From positions 1 through 25,733 of IMG/VR virus record IMGVR_UViG_3300020044_003610: a DNA stretch of 25,733 nucleotides; one strand, given 5' to 3'. The position numbers were made by a program, and so were the translations under genes. Source of the stretch: a virus (taxonomy: Duplodnaviria; Caudoviricetes). Under the pieces are notes generated by a model. The model ran no database searches. It was not told the DNA's origin and saw nothing but the letters and a program-made list of their open reading frames with translations. This document shows, one piece after another, positions 13,203 to 21,986 of this stretch (positions are counted from its first letter, which is position 1; every line of letters starts with the position of its first letter).

Positions 13203-15492
13203 CTACAGTAGGTATCATTGTTAATATGGTTAAGGGGAATGCAGAACGTTGCTCAACGCGCAAGCCACCAGACGTACCCCACTGAGGATCTACAATCACC
13301 TCTTGCTTGAATGTTCTCAGTGGTATGGGACCATAACCATCAGCATCGAACCTGGGTTTAATCTCGGTCATGGTGCTGACTGTACCATCTGATAACTTAG
13401 GACCAACCCAACCACCGCGTGAGTCTTCAACTTCCATCACAACCTTAGATACACTTTTATCAGCCGCACGAATTGACCCCATCGCAGTAGGTGTGTCCAC
13501 ATCGAGTGTTTCTATAACCGGTGTGAAAGGTAACCCCACTGAAACCTTGCTGGCAGCACGAGGTAGTGTTACTGAGCCACCACTCACCACTAATCCTGTA
13601 ACCTCAGCACCATCACATACAGCGGTAACAGTCTCACCATCGAGATGGTCGAGCCCTGTAATCGTAGTGGTAGCTGCACCATTGTAAGTGATCCCGCAAT
13701 CAACACAGTACACGTCAGAAGATGACGTGGTGATGCGCGACTCGAACCTCTCAACGTAACGAGTAGTAACACCGTCAATAACACGCTTGACAGTACAATA
13801 AAGCGCGTCAATGTTACCTTCGGTAACAACTGCGACTGATTCAAACTCACCATCGGTGACATGGTGGTGCCATGCGAATACTTGGTGATCTCGTTGATAA
13901 GTGAGCCCCAACAATACACCGTCGTCACGAACGGCCCACAAGACACCATAGGGTTCTTGTGAGTAGGTGAGTTCTTCTATCTCGTAATCTTCAAACAAGT
14001 GTTCGGCAAGCAACGACAAGTCACCACCCGCATACTTATCGCTTGCAAAATCATACTTAATATCGCGGAACCTTGACCCTCGATCCTGAATATAAACAAC
14101 CGAGTCATTGACCACTACAGGTGGTATCCATGAAGCGCCGTTATACGATTGAGCGCGCACACCCATAGTGGAAGGTGTAAGCACCTGATCTTGACCCTCT
14201 GTGACTTTGTACTCTGAACCACTGGTCAATATAATCAGTGAGTCAAGTGACACGATGTGTCGAACCTCGTTCACCTTGCGATTTTTAATAGTGAAGGTTA
14301 TCGCATCATCAGCGCGACTCGGTACAGACGACCGCATCGAATTGTAGTAACCCACTTGAGTAGTGAAAATGGTTTGTGGATCGTTTGTTGTGTTTGCGAA
14401 TATTTGACGTTGTTGGTAGTAACCTACTGTAGATGGATAATTACCGGCTGAACTGAATGGGTTACTAGCTTGTGGGGGTGCGTCGCTTGTAAGTGGTGCC
14501 ACGTTGAAGTCAGTGAAATTTGTGGTTCTAGTATCACCAATCCAACCGTACAATCCTGTGTTGTTAGATGGATCTTTGTACACGCGATAATAATCAGCAC
14601 CCGTAACCGCCGACCATGACAGTATTACACCGGCTGTAGTAGACAGTGATTTCGTGGTGATCGTCGTTGACGCACTCGCTACCGACTCAGCACCATTATC
14701 ATCAACGCTTGTCACCACATATCGATATTCTTTGTCATAGTCACCTGCACCATCGCCGACTGGTGCAACTGAACCGGGGTTAGTTGCAGTACATGGTCCC
14801 ACGAACGCTGCGTATAGTGTTGAATCCACACCATTTAATGTGAACGTGTTCGCGTTCACCACTGTGATGAAATAATAGTTGGTATCTAACTCGGTTATCC
14901 CGCCGTTGATCTGTATCCACGCACCAGACGTGAACCCATGCGCCGTACATGTAACCACACAGGGTGACGCATTGGTGATACCTATGACTGTTTTAACAGT
15001 AGGTGCGGTGAATGTGGGTGGTAGAATCACGGGTGAGAAATCAATATAGTCGTGACTCCAAGCCGCGTGACCTGTTCGACTGATTGTTGCGGGGGCGTAG
15101 TCGGGATGAACAATGGTCATTACGTCAGCATCTTGAACGTACATCAACTGCGGTAAGTCATCCTCGGTGTAAGGTGTTGCAATCGTGTATGCACTCATAC
15201 CGCTAAGCACGAATCCACCGTCCATGACTACACGCATGGTGAGATGTTCAAACACCAATGCATAGGTTTGTTCAGTGTTAAATGAGAACGGGATCAACCG
15301 TGCACGCCTACTGGGTGACGCGAGATAACCCACAAACTTAGTACCTGGGCGCGAGTAAACACCACCTTGAGCGCGCACGATAAAGTTCTCACACACTGCC
15401 AAACTGGTTGAATATTTATTGAGGTCGGTACGCACCCGCATCGCTGGTGACAGTTCACCGCCTGTGAAACTTCGCTGGATAATATCGGGCAT
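13192..15492 (-). CDS. Tail tubular protein B / nozzle (T7 gp12-like, 766 aa)
   Basis: N-terminal QRSFTGGELSP, GGVYSRPGTKFV, RLIPFSFN, YPSTVGYYQQR and QVFAWHHH motifs; size and position fit. Confidence 0.9.
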   Translation of the reverse strand: MPDIIQRSFTGGELSPAMRVRTDLNKYSTSLAVCENFIVRAQGGVYSRPGTKFVGYLASPSRRARLIPFSFNTEQTYALVFEHLTMRVVMDGGFVLSGMSAYTIATPYTEDDLPQLMYVQDADVMTIVHPDYAPATISRTGHAAWSHDYIDFSPVILPPTFTAPTVKTVIGITNASPCVVTCTAHGFTSGAWIQINGGITELDTNYYFITVVNANTFTLNGVDSTLYAAFVGPCTATNPGSVAPVGDGAGDYDKEYRYVVTSVDDNGAESVASASTTITTKSLSTTAGVILSWSAVTGADYYRVYKDPSNNTGLYGWIGDTRTTNFTDFNVAPLTSDAPPQASNPFSSAGNYPSTVGYYQQRQIFANTTNDPQTIFTTQVGYYNSMRSSVPSRADDAITFTIKNRKVNEVRHIVSLDSLIILTSGSEYKVTEGQDQVLTPSTMGVRAQSYNGASWIPPVVVNDSVVYIQDRGSRFRDIKYDFASDKYAGGDLSLLAEHLFEDYEIEELTYSQEPYGVLWAVRDDGVLLGLTYQRDHQVFAWHHHVTDGEFESVAVVTEGNIDALYCTVKRVIDGVTTRYVERFESRITTSSSDVYCVDCGITYNGAATTTITGLDHLDGETVTAVCDGAEVTGLVVSGGSVTLPRAASKVSVGLPFTPVIETLDVDTPTAMGSIRAADKSVSKVVMEVEDSRGGWVGPKLSDGTVSTMTEIKPRFDADGYGPIPLRTFKQEVIVDPQWGTSGGLRVEQRSAFPLTILTMIPTVDVS

Positions 15493-16136
15493 TAGTTTCT
15501 CACAGTTATGAATTCACTATCTGGCATGAGGGTGAACTGCTCATTCATCATCGCAGCACATGCCGCGCGAATATGGGCGTTGTATTGCTGCATTGAATCT
15601 GATTTCAGTTTACGACCTTCATTCACACCAACAATGGGTATGGCGAGCTCAGCCGCGAGTAGATGCGACAACGCAAGAATGAACTGGATACTGAATAAAT
15701 TGGTGTCGGTAACTTGCACCGTGTACTCAGCACGCAATTCAGCGTAGTTAGCACCAATGACTCTGTTGCCGTCATCATTGAAAATTTGGTAGGGTACTGG
15801 CGCTTGGGTGTTTATGATGGGTAAGTTGTTACCGTAGAACTGTGAGTCAGTACGATTCACAGTTTCCCAATTCAGAATCAATCGCTTGATCTTGAGACAG
15901 TCGCTAGGGTACTGGTAAGCGTAAGCGAAGTTGAACACTTCAACATCAGTGAGCTCAGCCAATGACACAATGCGCGTAGCAAACTGCCACGGGGCATTCT
16001 CAAGTACCGAGTCACGTAAGATCGGATATAACAATTTGCACTGTTGCGCTTGAATACTCGCTTCAGTCAGTGCGTTGATACTACCACCACGGATATGTGA
16101 CAACGCCAGATTGCAAATTGTTATTTCACTGCTCAT
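15492..16136 (-). CDS. Tail tubular protein A / head-tail adaptor (T7 gp11-like, 214 aa)
   Basis: SEITICNLALSHI, LENAPWQFATR and YAYQYPSDCLKI motifs; TAATG coupling on both sides. Confidence 0.88.
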   Translation of the reverse strand: MSSEITICNLALSHIRGGSINALTEASIQAQQCKLLYPILRDSVLENAPWQFATRIVSLAELTDVEVFNFAYAYQYPSDCLKIKRLILNWETVNRTDSQFYGNNLPIINTQAPVPYQIFNDDGNRVIGANYAELRAEYTVQVTDTNLFSIQFILALSHLLAAELAIPIVGVNEGRKLKSDSMQQYNAHIRAACAAMMNEQFTLMPDSEFITVRN

Positions 16137-16411
16137 TACAGAGTCTCAACTGCATTAGATAACGATGGTGGATTCTGAAAAGTAACCGCGTCAATGTCGC
16201 GCTTGTTCTGTGCATTCACTTCAGCCAGCGCAGCTTCATCAGCTAGCCGCTGCTTCTTTTCAGCAGCCGTTTCAGAAACTTCTTTCACAGCCTTCAACCA
16301 CTTGGGTACAGGCTTCAGCGGTGTGTCAGTTTGCAGCACACGACGTTTACCGTTAGGGTCGTACATTTGACCCTTGAAAAACCCTTGCTCGATTACTTCA
16401 TACGTGGGCAT
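16136..16411 (-). CDS. Small hypothetical head-region protein (91 aa)
   Basis: Fits the operon with TAATG coupling to the adaptor gene; N-terminal similarity to the adjacent 83-aa ORF. Confidence 0.75.
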   Translation of the reverse strand: MPTYEVIEQGFFKGQMYDPNGKRRVLQTDTPLKPVPKWLKAVKEVSETAAEKKQRLADEAALAEVNAQNKRDIDAVTFQNPPSLSNAVETL

Positions 16412-16412
16412 G

Positions 16413-16664
16413 TCAGTTACCTTTGAAAAAATCTAAAATTTTAGTTGTTAAACCCTGTGACTTTTTAACTGGTTCAACCGTTACCACGGGTTCAGGGCGC
16501 TTAATGAATCTAAATAATACACCAACTTCTTCTTCAGCAATAGGTGTAACGTCAACCATTGAAGATGGTAGCGGTTTGATCTCAGTGTCTCTGATAATCA
16601 CATCACCGGCTTTATACAGATTCGAGTTGTAGAAACATTTACGAATTACATGATACTCATACAT
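16413..16664 (-). CDS. Small hypothetical protein (83 aa), apparent paralogue of the 91-aa protein
   Basis: Good SD (GAGGTG at 16674-16669); fills the gap between the terminator and the next gene. Confidence 0.75.
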   Translation of the reverse strand: MYEYHVIRKCFYNSNLYKAGDVIIRDTEIKPLPSSMVDVTPIAEEEVGVLFRFIKRPEPVVTVEPVKKSQGLTTKILDFFKGN

Positions 16665-16676
16665 GACTCACCTCAT

Positions 16677-16703
16677 AAAAAAACGGGCATCGCTGCCCGT
16701 TTT
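16677..16703 (-). terminator. Rho-independent terminator downstream of the capsid and cement genes
   Basis: The minus strand reads AAAACGGGCA-GCGA-TGCCCGTTTTTTT: a perfect stem with a GNRA tetraloop and a 7-T tract, 18 bp after the cement gene stop. Confidence 0.9.
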
Positions 16704-16721
16704 CATAACACCAAGGAGCTA

Positions 16722-17153
16722 TTAAGCGCCTACGATGTTGGTTTGGTTACCAGCAGAAATACCAGCGGTCACTTTACCCAGTGTAGGGTTTGAACCCGTC
16801 ACAGTGTAACGCACACCAAGGTAACGACTGGTGATACCGTTCGGTAAGAACTGCATGAAAGTTTGCTTACCCACAGTCAAGTTAGCAAGGGTAACAACTT
16901 CACTGTTTAACACAGTACCGAGTGACGTGGTAGCACCAGTCTCAAGAGTAATGGTTAAGCTGGTGAGGGTGTTGAACGCCTCAGTAACTTGGATGAGTAC
17001 AGGTACAGGTGTGCCCTTACCCACATCTTGTTTCAATGCCGCTTTACCACCGTAAGGTGTATCGGCTGCACCGAGGTCAACCACGTTGGTGGAGATTGCT
17101 GTAGCAGTGATCGCTTGATCATCGCTGAACAATTGTTGTGCTGATAGGATCAT
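16722..17153 (-). CDS. Capsid cement/decoration protein, Bbp16-like (143 aa)
   Basis: MILSAQQLFSDDQAITATAISTNVVDLG...RYLGVRYTVTGSNPTLGKVTAGI matches the Bbp16-like pattern and follows the capsid gene. Start moved from 17240 to the ATG at 17153, which has the SD AAGGGG and avoids overlap with the capsid gene. Confidence 0.85.
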   Translation of the reverse strand: MILSAQQLFSDDQAITATAISTNVVDLGAADTPYGGKAALKQDVGKGTPVPVLIQVTEAFNTLTSLTITLETGATTSLGTVLNSEVVTLANLTVGKQTFMQFLPNGITSRYLGVRYTVTGSNPTLGKVTAGISAGNQTNIVGA

Positions 17154-17181
17154 ATATTTCCCCTTAGTAAGACTGCGCGGA

Positions 17182-18180
17182 TTAAACCACGCGAGCCTCG
17201 GTGTTAAGAATCGCATCGGATTCGCGAATTGGGATACCACGGTAAGTCATTACTTCCTTACCTTCGATTTCCATCGGCTTCAAACGAATGAATGAATCCG
17301 TTGAACCTGCGTTAGTTGACAACGCATCCAATGCTTCCAATACATCACGGTTGCAGTAGATTGCCAACTTACCACCAGCCACGCGACGTGATTGCAGCTT
17401 GTAGTAGGCTTTGCGCAAGAAGTTATACAACTTCACCGAACCCGCTTGAATATCAGAAACATCAATGTTCGCAACACGCGCAACATAACGCCAATCTTTC
17501 ACAGCCAAGCCGACGTTCCATCGGAACAATTCTTCTTTAGCATAGTAAGCATTACCACCTGCGTCAGTAACACGTTGTGAACCTTTGTCTTCACGGGTTA
17601 CACCGGCTGTAGTACCTTTTGGGTACAACAACGAGCATTGGTTTTCACCCCATGAGATGAACCAGATCGACGTGTTGTCGGAACCAGTACCACCGGCGTC
17701 AATGATCTGATTACCGTTAGGCGCAGTCAATGAGTTGAAACGCGGACTAAAGCCCATGAATTCTTCTGGATCTGACGCACTGTTACCGTAGAAAATCTTA
17801 CTGGTAACAGATTGGTTCATTGCTTCCAAGTAGCTCATCGCTTCAGAAAGACGAACCGCACCTTCATTAGCTGAGATTGCCAGCAAGCGTTCATCAACGG
17901 TACTTAAACCTTCAACGAACCCAGTGGTGTCTTCAACTTGGGCAGTACGTGACTTACCTTGTGGGATACCTTGGTACAACTTACCCCATGTAACGCTTGG
18001 TAAACCAGTGCGCACGGTGTGAAGGTGAGTAGTACCTTTGTTACATTCAACCGCGATTGCATCATCGAGAATCGGGTTCATTTCTTTCAGCATCTCGATA
18101 ACTTCGACATACTGACCTTTGCCGTCTTGCTGTTTGTAAATGTCGATGAGATCGACAAACGTTGCGCCTAGAGTAGCCAT
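17182..18180 (-). CDS. Major capsid protein, BPP-1 Bbp17-like (332 aa)
   Basis: IEMLKEMNPILDD, VRTGLPSVTW, FYGNSASDPEEFMGFSPRF, IIDAGGTGSDNTSIW, GLAVKDWRYVARVANID and YRGIPIRESDAILNTEARVV motifs; SD GAGG upstream. Confidence 0.93.
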   Translation of the reverse strand: MATLGATFVDLIDIYKQQDGKGQYVEVIEMLKEMNPILDDAIAVECNKGTTHLHTVRTGLPSVTWGKLYQGIPQGKSRTAQVEDTTGFVEGLSTVDERLLAISANEGAVRLSEAMSYLEAMNQSVTSKIFYGNSASDPEEFMGFSPRFNSLTAPNGNQIIDAGGTGSDNTSIWFISWGENQCSLLYPKGTTAGVTREDKGSQRVTDAGGNAYYAKEELFRWNVGLAVKDWRYVARVANIDVSDIQAGSVKLYNFLRKAYYKLQSRRVAGGKLAIYCNRDVLEALDALSTNAGSTDSFIRLKPMEIEGKEVMTYRGIPIRESDAILNTEARVV

Positions 18181-18192
18181 GTTAAAACCTCA

Positions 18193-18834
18193 TTAAGAGT
18201 TTGGATATAAAACGCTTGCACGGTCTTTTTTACCACTATTTGTGGGGGTGCCAGTTTTACCTGGTGAATCCTCACGCATAAATGAACCGACTCGCGCCAT
18301 GAATCGAATCATCTCAGGGTTGTTACCAATCCCGAAATCATCCAGCAGCTTTGTCAATTCTGGTGTACCCAATTTTTCAAGGGCAATACGGGCAGTGGCT
18401 ACAGTTTCCTGCAACTTATCACCACCGATTTCATTGTCCTTTTCAGTTTGAGAACGCCAGTCCTGCTTCAACTGATCGAAAGATTCGGCCTGACTCTTAA
18501 TGCTGTTTTGGATCTGTGAAGCGTGAATATCAATCAGCTTTTGAGACTGTTCCTTGGTCAAACCCAACTCTTTAAAGATGGGTACAGCTTGATCAAGGAG
18601 TGCAGAATCTAGCGTCATGCCTTCAGGCAACACAAAATCGGTATAAACATTATCGGTGTTAGCGTCACCTTCGCCAGCATCGGTACTTGCTTCTGGCTTT
18701 TCAGCCTTCAGTTCAGCACCAGCATCGCCAGGTTGAGTGGCAACATCAGCAGCAGCGGGAACCCCCGCCGCGTCTGAATCTTGTGGAACACTCGCCGGAT
18801 CCCCAGCAGGTGCATTTAAAATAGTATCAGTCAT
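18193..18834 (-). CDS. Capsid scaffolding/assembly protein (213 aa)
   Basis: Acidic low-complexity N-terminus, YTDFVLPEGMTLD, FKELGLTKEQSQKLID, GIGNNPEMIRFMARVG and a C-terminal ASVLYP; immediately upstream of the capsid gene. Confidence 0.85.
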   Translation of the reverse strand: MTDTILNAPAGDPASVPQDSDAAGVPAAADVATQPGDAGAELKAEKPEASTDAGEGDANTDNVYTDFVLPEGMTLDSALLDQAVPIFKELGLTKEQSQKLIDIHASQIQNSIKSQAESFDQLKQDWRSQTEKDNEIGGDKLQETVATARIALEKLGTPELTKLLDDFGIGNNPEMIRFMARVGSFMREDSPGKTGTPTNSGKKDRASVLYPNS

Positions 18835-19072
18835 GGAAGTTCTCTTTTAATAATAGTTGGTATTCACCGGGTGCCGCATGTTTCAACTCATTTACCAAGT
18901 TGAGCGCTGCTGAGCGACGACCAGCTTGGTAAGCATGGTGCAGCGGGTCAATGTGGAATGTTTCACTGAAGCACCCCCACTGACGCAACATTCGTGCCAT
19001 GAAACTGCGACCACCCTCAGTTTTCATAATACCAGTTATGTCAGCAATTTCAATAGCGCGTTTGTCTGTCAT
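18827..19072 (-). CDS. Bbp19-like small head-module protein (~81 aa)
   Basis: MKTEGGRSFMARML...F...AYQAGRRSAAL pattern found between portal and scaffold in BPP-1-like phages. ATG at 19072 (preceded by AGGTGGGA) is preferred over GTG at 19081. Confidence 0.75.
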   Translation of the reverse strand: MTDKRAIEIADITGIMKTEGGRSFMARMLRQWGCFSETFHIDPLHHAYQAGRRSAALNLVNELKHAAPGEYQLLLKENFHD

Positions 19073-19084
19073 TATTCCCACCTG

Positions 19085-20539
19085 TTATGCAAAATACGCA
19101 TCTAGGGCATATTCACCACGGATGATCTGCGAGCCAGTCGCCAAGCCGACCGGCATCTTCAAGATCAAATGCACATATTGACCAGGATCGACTATAAGAG
19201 GAACGGTAAATCTTTTTGATACAGGCGCAGCCGCCCAGCCGATAGCCGAAGCGGCGGGTATTGACTGCACTCCTAGCGGTTTAATCCTTGCACGCTTAAC
19301 CCCCGCAGCATCAGCCGCCGTTGCTAGCGTTACGGTTGTTGATCCGTACCCCAAGTTCCACTCTAAAAGAGTTGGTGATGCGCCAGACGCTGCGCCCATG
19401 ACCCAAGCGTCAATATCAGCACCATAAATATGCAAACTTTTACCGGCATTTGTGGCCGTACCTGCCGGAACCAAAAACGCAAACAACGCGTAATCCGTCT
19501 CAGCTCCAGCTACAGCAGCAAACTGCCATTTACCCTCTAGGATAGTTACACCATAACCGCCCGTAGTGTTTGATAAAGTAGCGCTTGAAGGCGCTGCGCT
19601 GTTGGTATGGTTAGCGGTGATGCCAGACGCAACACCTTCAGGCTGTTGCCCTGAACCATTACCGCAACGAGCTTGAGCGGTTTGAAACATTTGATTTAGG
19701 TTGTGGCCGTTACAGTTTGCCCAGCAATCACCTAGTTTTAATTGCATAGCCAAAGATGGGGCTGTGCCGCCCGTGAACACCTGCGCGGCAACTGGAAAGC
19801 TCATTGAGCTGGTAGGTGCAGCCGTTGAAGCCGTACACCAAACTTGCGCCACGCATTCGTATTCAGAACCGGCGGCGGCAAGGAAAAACTCTGTTTTATC
19901 GTTAGACGCACCAATCAGCCAATGATAGCGAACGTTTGGGGTGGGGGCTGTAAGTGCAGCCGACTGGCTTGCTGCGCCGTTGTTGTAAACGATGCAACGG
20001 AATTCACCGTTGGGCATCCAAACAAAAGAATAGCCGTCTGTGGGCGCGAGAATCGCAGAAGCTGAAATGTAAGCGCCGAGGAATCCATTTTGGTTAACCT
20101 GTGGGTTTTGGGTTGCGATAAAAGAACCTTCGTACCACGTTGCGCCAGCGCCCAGCACCGGCACGCTTTGCCAGCTCTCAACTTTAGCCCCTTGGTTTGC
20201 GGCAACTAAAGAAGAGTTATTTAGTGTGATAAACCCACCGGCTTGCACTACCGTTTGCGTAGTTGTGGTTTCTTTTACCACTGAACGGTTTATGTTTGAG
20301 CTAGAAAAACGCATTTGAAGCGCTGCGTTATCAATACCGGCGCGAATGCGGTAATCGGCATCCACGTCAATAGTTCGCGTGATTCTGCCGGCGGGGGAGC
20401 CTTCCGCTGTAGTCTCACCCACTAGAGTGACGAACCCGCCTAGGGTTGAATCCGAAGTAAGGGCAACGGTTAATTCGTTTGCTGCGTTGACATCGGCCTG
20501 TAGGCCAGTCGTGCCTCTAATTTCTGCATCTAATCCCAT
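19085..20539 (-). CDS. Hypothetical beta-rich, probably virion-associated protein (484 aa)
   Basis: Long ORF with SD GAGG overlapping the upstream stop; A/G/T/S rich. The central part resembles a beta-sandwich. Function not recognised. Confidence 0.7.
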   Translation of the reverse strand: MGLDAEIRGTTGLQADVNAANELTVALTSDSTLGGFVTLVGETTAEGSPAGRITRTIDVDADYRIRAGIDNAALQMRFSSSNINRSVVKETTTTQTVVQAGGFITLNNSSLVAANQGAKVESWQSVPVLGAGATWYEGSFIATQNPQVNQNGFLGAYISASAILAPTDGYSFVWMPNGEFRCIVYNNGAASQSAALTAPTPNVRYHWLIGASNDKTEFFLAAAGSEYECVAQVWCTASTAAPTSSMSFPVAAQVFTGGTAPSLAMQLKLGDCWANCNGHNLNQMFQTAQARCGNGSGQQPEGVASGITANHTNSAAPSSATLSNTTGGYGVTILEGKWQFAAVAGAETDYALFAFLVPAGTATNAGKSLHIYGADIDAWVMGAASGASPTLLEWNLGYGSTTVTLATAADAAGVKRARIKPLGVQSIPAASAIGWAAAPVSKRFTVPLIVDPGQYVHLILKMPVGLATGSQIIRGEYALDAYFA

Positions 20540-20549
20540 TTTACAAACC

Positions 20550-21986
20550 TCAATAAACCCAATTGATAGAAATATCGCCCTTCATTTTCTGATAAGAGCG
20601 TACAAATATAGTGAAACCTGTGCCAGCAACCACATCACCAGTCGTTACATGTACGCCAATTGCGCCCATATATTTATGATCGTCGGCAGTGTAATCAGCG
20701 GTAGCGGTTGTGCCGATTGACGCCGTGACTTTCGATCCCGCTAAAATACCAGTCTGACCAGTTACAACCAACTGCGCCTCATTGGTTGCGGTAGCGCCAA
20801 AAGCAACGGTAGAAGTGCCGGATGTTACCGATCCACCACCACCTGATGCATTGATCGTGATGGTGTCTGCACCAGCATCCGTGGTGATCGTTACATTAGT
20901 ACCCGCAACCAGTGTGAGTGTATCTGTAGCTGAATCGGCCACCACATTAGATTGACCAGATACAGCAATCGTGCTGAATAGGTTCTGATCACCGGTGTTA
21001 GTGCCCGAACTTGTACCTGAGAATGTACCCGATTGTGTGGCGAGTGTACCTAGACCGGTTATGTCAGTTGGTGCGAGCTGTTTGTTCTTCCACAAACTTG
21101 TTGCTGAATCGTAAACCAGTACATCTTTATCGGTGATTGACGTGAGTGACACATCATGAATATCTTCAATCTCAAACCCGTTCTGAATGGATACATCGAA
21201 CTGACCCTGTGTAACGTGTGAGCGTGTAACAACGCCCAATATAACTGAGTGATACGGACTAGCGGGTTGAGTAGTTGTGGCGCCACCCGCCACCGTGGGG
21301 CTGAGATATAGGATTGCACCCTCAGTCAACGCAACCGTGTTCAACCCGCCGAGGTCACCACTAACCACCGCGTAACCGTTCGAGTTATGAGTGATGTCAG
21401 CTTGCACCACGCCGAACGTTCGATCGCTGGTTGCGCTACTGTTTGCTATAGCGAGAATTGCCAATGGCTTGTTACCACTAGCACCACTTAAATAAATAAC
21501 TTGACCTTTGGTGAGTGTAGATCCTGTTTCGTTGCGTACTTGACGCACCAATGTACCCGCTTGACCGGCTACAGGAAACGAAATAAGCGAACCATCACCA
21601 GCCACATACTGAGTAGTATCACCTGTGGGGGTGTCGAACTTTAGTGCAATCGCGGCTGTGTTCTCATTAACTTTAGTCACAAGAGTGTCGTAGTCAATGA
21701 TGATTGACCACGTAATACCATCACAAATGTACAGACCGCCAGACTTACGATTGATCAGCCATACACCGGTAGTCTGCTTAACAAGATAAACCTCACCCGC
21801 GTGTGAAGCGGGTGACGGTAACAGTGCGTAAGTATCAGCCTCACCATCGATAACAGTGCCAGATCCACCAGCGCCGAAGTTAATCAGATACTCTTTACCA
21901 TCGCGCCCAAAGAATCCTACAGGCGCGAGAGTTACCCGATCTGTGAGAATATAGGCTTGTTGATAATCGTAGTCACTCATGGTCAC
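20550..21986 (-). CDS. Chimeric fibre-like structural protein (478 aa; start may be the ATG at 21980)
   Basis: Contains segments typical of phage fibre proteins: VRNETGSTLTKGQVIYLSG...LYLSPTVAGG, DIHDVSLTSITDKDVLVYDSATSLWKN, GLGTLATQSGTFSGTSSGTNTGDQ and FSTIAVSGQSNVVADSATDTLTLVAG. Confidence 0.7.
   Translation of the reverse strand: MTMSDYDYQQAYILTDRVTLAPVGFFGRDGKEYLINFGAGGSGTVIDGEADTYALLPSPASHAGEVYLVKQTTGVWLINRKSGGLYICDGITWSIIIDYDTLVTKVNENTAAIALKFDTPTGDTTQYVAGDGSLISFPVAGQAGTLVRQVRNETGSTLTKGQVIYLSGASGNKPLAILAIANSSATSDRTFGVVQADITHNSNGYAVVSGDLGGLNTVALTEGAILYLSPTVAGGATTTQPASPYHSVILGVVTRSHVTQGQFDVSIQNGFEIEDIHDVSLTSITDKDVLVYDSATSLWKNKQLAPTDITGLGTLATQSGTFSGTSSGTNTGDQNLFSTIAVSGQSNVVADSATDTLTLVAGTNVTITTDAGADTITINASGGGGSVTSGTSTVAFGATATNEAQLVVTGQTGILAGSKVTASIGTTATADYTADDHKYMGAIGVHVTTGDVVAGTGFTIFVRSYQKMKGDISINWVY

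Noticed and set aside
17154-17240. Listed 172-aa version of the cement protein starting at 17240
   Set aside because: It overlaps the capsid gene; the ATG at 17153 has an SD and gives the typical Bbp16-like N-terminus.
1066-20720. Numerous plus-strand ORFs of 60-174 aa in the ORF track
   Set aside because: All are antisense shadows of long minus-strand structural genes, with no recognisable motifs.
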